Assembly: GCA_902623005.1 (NCBI GenBank)
Contig: CACNSC010000003.1
Span: 34,610-98,609 of the forward strand
From: an uncultured Coxiella sp.
GTDB taxonomy: Bacteria > Pseudomonadota > Gammaproteobacteria > Coxiellales > Coxiellaceae
Length of the DNA stretch: 64,000 bases
Reading direction: 5' to 3'
In this document: positions 60,258 to 64,000 of the stretch, one piece after another
Position numbering within the stretch: position 1 is the stretch's first letter
Layout: each line of letters begins with the position of its first letter
The notes under the pieces: model-generated
Told to the model about the DNA's origin: nothing
What the model saw: the letters and a program-made list of their open reading frames with translations, nothing else
Databases searched by the model: none
Translations under genes and position numbers: made by a program

Positions 60258-60430
60258 GCGTGCTCACGTTACGTTATTTTTGTTCTATTTTAAGTCAATT
60301 TAGATCGTTTCATAACCAACTTATCTTGAGAGTCAGGATTTAGTTGTCAATGATTTTCAATTACAATATAAACGTAACACGACGAAGCAACCTAGGTTGG
60401 CCCTAGGTGAGTATAATGAAGGAGAGGCTC

Positions 60431-60616
60431 ATGTTGGTCTTAACAAGGTCGATTGGTGAAAGATTAATCATCAATGACGGTGAGATAAAACTAAGCGTAT
60501 TAGAGGTCAAGGGCAATCAGGTTCGTATTGGTATTGATGCTCCTCGAGACGTTTCGGTTCACCGCGAGGAAGTTTTTGAGCGAATTTGCGCAGAGAAATC
60601 AGACGCATCATCATAA
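60431..60616 (+). CDS. csrA: Carbon storage regulator CsrA
   Basis: [48 protein letters not shown]. The ATG at 60431 is preceded by AAGGAGAGG. Confidence 0.97.
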   Translation: MLVLTRSIGERLIINDGEIKLSVLEVKGNQVRIGIDAPRDVSVHREEVFERICAEKSDASS

Positions 60617-60645
60617 CCATCTCAACTTTTAATCTCGAAATTATC

Positions 60646-60676
60646 AAAAGCAAGGCCAGTCGCCTTGCTTTTTTTA
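60646..60676. terminator. Bidirectional rho-independent terminator (csrA / prlC)
   Basis: AAAAGCAAGGC-CAGTC-GCCTTGCTTTTTTT. The A-tract on one side and T-tract on the other let it serve both convergent genes. Confidence 0.7.
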
Positions 60677-62707
60677 TACGGTGTCAAAAGTGATGCCTGA
60701 TTGAGCGAGCAATGCCTTAATATCTGGTGCGCGATCGCACATTCTTTGAAACACTTTTTCGGGAGCAACCGATCCACCTAAAGCGAGAAAGGTGTCTCGA
60801 TAGCGTTTGGCCGTGTCTGGATCGAAGTACCCATTTTTTTCAAACAGTGAAAAAATATCTGCTGCCATAACTTCTGCCCATTTATAGCTATAATACCCAG
60901 CGGCATAACCACCAGCAAAAATGTGACTAAAACCGTGTTGAAAGCGATTGTAGTTTGGTAGCGGGTAGAGCATCGTATTGGAGCGGACATGATCTAGGCA
61001 CTCTTGAATCGCTTGCTGCTTATTGCTGTCAAATTCCATGTGTAATCGAAAATCAAACAGTGAAAACTCTAGCTGCCGCAGCATTGCCATGGCTGATAGA
61101 AAACACCTTGCTTTTTGCATTTTTTCAAACAGTGCATCCGGCAGAGTTTCACCTGTCTCGTAGTGTTGAGCAAACGCTTGTAAGCACTCTTTTTGCCAGG
61201 CGTAATTTTCTAGAAATTGACTGGCAACTTCAACAGCATCCCAGGGAATACCACTCAAGCCACTGACACCAAGATCATCTACTTGTGTCAGCATGTGTTG
61301 AGAGGCATGGCCAAACTCATGAAATAAGGTGATCACATCATCGTGAGACAGCAGTGCGGGTGTATCACCAACGGGAGGCATGAAGTTGCAGGTGATAAAT
61401 GTAACCGGATAAATAATATCACCATTCTCTGGTCGATAACGACTAGAGAATTCGTCCATCCATGCACCACCGCGCTTGTTATTACGCGCATAAAGATCAA
61501 GATAAAAATGACTGATCAAATCATTATTTTCATCACAAACTTTGAAGCAGCGAACGTCATTGTGCCAGCTATCAAAATCTTTAATCTCTGTAATTTTAAT
61601 TTGAAATAACTTTTCAACAATATCAAACAGTCCTTGAACAACTCGATCAGCAGGAAAGTACGGTCTAATGGCTTCATCAGATAAATCATAGAATTGCTGA
61701 CGATACTGCTCGCTAACGTATGTTACATCCCATGCATTAAACGTATCGAGTCCAAGAGTATTTAATGCATAGCTTTTTAAGTTTTCGAACTCTCTTTTTG
61801 CTTGCGGGTATGAGGCTGAAATCAATTGCTCAATAAATTGTAAGACTTCATCCGTTTGATTAAGCATTTTGGTCGCTAAGGAGTATTCCGCAGGATTATT
61901 AAAGCCTAAGAGCTCAGCCAATTCACAACGTAATGACATGATCTCATGCATGATAGTCGTATTATCTTTTTGTTTATCATGTGGTCCTTGATCGGATGCT
62001 CTCGTGCAATAAGCCTGATAGAGTGTTTGACGAAGATCTGCATTTTTAGCATGCTGCATCACGGTTAAATAAGATGGTGCATCTAAAGTAATGAGCCAAC
62101 CTTTTTGATCTTCACGCTCTGCTTTTTCCTGACAAAGTGTAATGAATCGTTCAGGCAATCCTTCTAGTATGTCTGGTTGATCAACTAGATATTTCCAGTT
62201 ATCGGTGACATCAATTAAGTTTGATTCAAATTGCGTGGTCAAAGTAGATAAGCGCGAGCTGATTTCAGCATAGCGTGCTTTATCGGTAGATGAGAGTGCG
62301 ATCCCAGCTAATTTAAAATCTCGTAATTCGTTATCGATAACGGTTTGTTGCGAGGGCGATAAGGTAGCAAAACTACTTGATGATTTTAACTCAGTGAGTC
62401 GTTGAAATAAGCCTTGATGATGGCCTAACCAAGTTGAGAAATCTGAGAGATGTGATAAGCACAAAGCATAATTCTCACGAAGCTCAGGAGAATCTTTAAC
62501 GTGATTGAGATGTGAGATTGGATTCCAGAAAGCTTGTAATTCGGCATCCAATTGTTCCAGGGGTGCCATAAGGTTTTGCCAGGTCGGTAATTGAGTCGTC
62601 TCTATCAGAGTTGAGATTTTATCTTTTTGTTTTGATAAAAGCTGTTTTAATTTCTCCTCAATCATTTGTGGTTCGATAGTTGAAAAATCTGGCAGTTTAG
62701 ATGTCAT
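60674..62707 (-). CDS. prlC: Oligopeptidase A (M3 family)
   Basis: It has the zinc motif HEFGHASQH and M3-typical length and C-terminus. I prefer the ATG at 62707 over the GTG at 62716. Confidence 0.93.
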   Translation of the reverse strand: MTSKLPDFSTIEPQMIEEKLKQLLSKQKDKISTLIETTQLPTWQNLMAPLEQLDAELQAFWNPISHLNHVKDSPELRENYALCLSHLSDFSTWLGHHQGLFQRLTELKSSSSFATLSPSQQTVIDNELRDFKLAGIALSSTDKARYAEISSRLSTLTTQFESNLIDVTDNWKYLVDQPDILEGLPERFITLCQEKAEREDQKGWLITLDAPSYLTVMQHAKNADLRQTLYQAYCTRASDQGPHDKQKDNTTIMHEIMSLRCELAELLGFNNPAEYSLATKMLNQTDEVLQFIEQLISASYPQAKREFENLKSYALNTLGLDTFNAWDVTYVSEQYRQQFYDLSDEAIRPYFPADRVVQGLFDIVEKLFQIKITEIKDFDSWHNDVRCFKVCDENNDLISHFYLDLYARNNKRGGAWMDEFSSRYRPENGDIIYPVTFITCNFMPPVGDTPALLSHDDVITLFHEFGHASQHMLTQVDDLGVSGLSGIPWDAVEVASQFLENYAWQKECLQAFAQHYETGETLPDALFEKMQKARCFLSAMAMLRQLEFSLFDFRLHMEFDSNKQQAIQECLDHVRSNTMLYPLPNYNRFQHGFSHIFAGGYAAGYYSYKWAEVMAADIFSLFEKNGYFDPDTAKRYRDTFLALGGSVAPEKVFQRMCDRAPDIKALLAQSGITFDTV

Positions 62708-62856
62708 GATGCTCACCTTGTGTGACTGATATTTTATGATGACATTGGATCAAATAAAGTTAGGGGTTGCAAGCATGCCAATAATGTCAGATGTTGAATA
62801 GGTATTTTAATTTATTATCATGAGTAGAAATATTCGTGGACAATGAGGAACTATGA

Positions 62857-63390
62857 ATGACTATTCGATCGTTTGAGGCTGGTCACCCCGAGATTGATCA
62901 GACCACTTATGTCGACCAGGATGCAACGGTTATTGGGCATGTTCGTATCGGACGAGAAAGCTCAATTTGGCCAGGAGTTGTTATACGCGGTGACGTCAAT
63001 CAGATTATGATTGGCAATCGCAGCAGTATACAAGACGGTACGATCATTCACGCAACACATGCTGGACCGTTTACTGGAGAGGGTTATTCGACTCACATTG
63101 GTGATGAGGTAACGGTGGGCCATCAAGCGGTAATTCATGGCTGTCAGATAGGGAGTCGTGTCTTAGTTGGAGTCAGTGCAGTTATTTTGGATGGTGCTAT
63201 AGTTGAGAGTGATGTCATGATCGGAGCGGGTTCACTCATTCCGCCAAACAAGCACCTACAAAGTGGTTACTTGTATTTTGGTCAACCGGTTAAGAGAGTG
63301 AGAGCATTAACCGAGCAGGAAAAACAATACCTCGGTTATACGGCAAACAACTACGTTAATTTAGCCAAGCGTCATTTTACAGGAGTTTAA
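62857..63390 (+). CDS. Gamma-carbonic-anhydrase-like hexapeptide-repeat protein (YrdA/PaaY type)
   Basis: The 177-aa protein has left-handed beta-helix repeats (IWPGVVIRGDVNQIMIGNRSSIQDGTIIH). Confidence 0.8.
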   Translation: MTIRSFEAGHPEIDQTTYVDQDATVIGHVRIGRESSIWPGVVIRGDVNQIMIGNRSSIQDGTIIHATHAGPFTGEGYSTHIGDEVTVGHQAVIHGCQIGSRVLVGVSAVILDGAIVESDVMIGAGSLIPPNKHLQSGYLYFGQPVKRVRALTEQEKQYLGYTANNYVNLAKRHFTGV

Positions 63391-63746
63391 GTGGAAACTT
63401 GGGTATCGCTAAAGGGTCATGCCTAGCATTAACGCGCGCCCTTATTGATCTTCATGTTGTGCCAAGGTATTCAGTTCCTATTGAAATTTTAGCTTGGCTA
63501 TTAAAAAGAGATGTGGTCATTCCAGCGTTGGTGATCCCGCGATAGTATTGAATAATAGCAATTGCTAATTTTGGTGTAAGCTAAAAATAAAATCCAATAA
63601 AGGGGTAATAACTCGAGAGATTCTTTTGGACATTGGTACCGGTAATGCAGGTGATTTGATTAAACACAGTATCTTTTGGCATACCTGTTGATACTGAAAT
63701 TGAAAAGTTATTACTGCTAAAACCATTCAAGTGGCTGTATATATCT

Positions 63747-64000
63747 TTATGTAATAGCTAGGTAATGATAAGCGGTGAAAGAATCATTTATTCGATGCAT
63801 AACCATCCAGCTATAATCGATCACGATTGCTGTTTTAGTCTTCGAAAAATAGTGTCTAAATTTATTACGAATTGAACCATGTGATGTATTTGCTTCACTG
63901 CTGAGAAGCTCAAAGCTGTTGGAGAATGTTGTAAGTACATTAACGTCTGCAACGTTGGTAGCACCATCATAACCATAAGCTATGAAACAGCATAGTTTTG
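63747..64000 (-). CDS. C-terminal 83 codons of an unidentified protein whose gene continues beyond the window
   Basis: Hand translation gives an open frame from the window edge to TAA (63749-63747): ...GYDGATNVADVNVLTTFSNSFELLSSEANTSHGSIRNKFRHYFSKTKTAIVIDYSWMVMHRINDSFTAYHYLAIT. I recognise no family. Confidence 0.3.
   Translation of the reverse strand, partial: KLCCFIAYGYDGATNVADVNVLTTFSNSFELLSSEANTSHGSIRNKFRHYFSKTKTAIVIDYSWMVMHRINDSFTAYHYLAIT

Noticed and set aside
63617-63664. SAM-methyltransferase/Rossmann motif (ILLDIGTGNAGDL) as evidence for a + strand methyltransferase gene
   Set aside because: The frame is open for only about 40 codons, has no start, and is bounded by stops. The motif is GxGxxG rather than the MTase GxGxG, and the opposite strand also shows fragmentary frames. 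I kept it only as a low-interest decay hypothesis.

Overview
The window looks like a chromosomal segment of a moderately AT-rich gammaproteobacterium. Gene content and protein sequences are reminiscent of Legionellales (Legionella/Coxiella/Aquicella-like), but this is an impression from reading the sequence and no database search was run.

Most of it is core housekeeping:
- hemX'-hemD-(small NIF3-like ORF)-hemC with an acyltransferase, then tdk
- mnmG ... rsmG-parA-parB, followed by the full atpIBEFHAGDC operon, glmU and rsmE
- a minus-strand block pit/deoC/punA/cdd/DUF47/HPF-CSD/glmS
- tkt-gap, efp-epmA and priA
- a TolC/MacA/split-MacB efflux set, trkAH, polA, rpiA, csrA, prlC

I found no rRNA, tRNA, CRISPR array, transposase or integrase.

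The stretches worth a second look are non-core:
1. A 1.85-kb insert breaks the usual mnmG-rsmG adjacency. It carries an orphan ORF, a GntR regulator whose start codon lies in a perfect 14-bp palindrome, and a ~400-nt GC-enriched, ORF-poor block. That block forms a chain of helices whose wobble pairs only work on the + strand, so it is a candidate large structured RNA.
2. A ~108-nt promoter-to-terminator unit after rsmE has five GGA motifs, two of them in hairpin loops. This is a candidate RsmY/RsmZ(CsrB)-type CsrA sponge, and csrA itself is in the window.
3. A small accessory islet encodes lineage-specific polytopic membrane proteins, including two clear paralogues flanking a YoaK gene. A further orphan 523-aa membrane protein sits after gap.
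4. There is an HPF/RaiA-cold-shock-domain fusion protein.
5. A nucleoside-catabolism trio is nested between the DUF47 phosphate-transport regulator and its PiT partner.

No recognisable defence, toxin or mobile system is present. All functional calls rest on motif-level recognition by eye.
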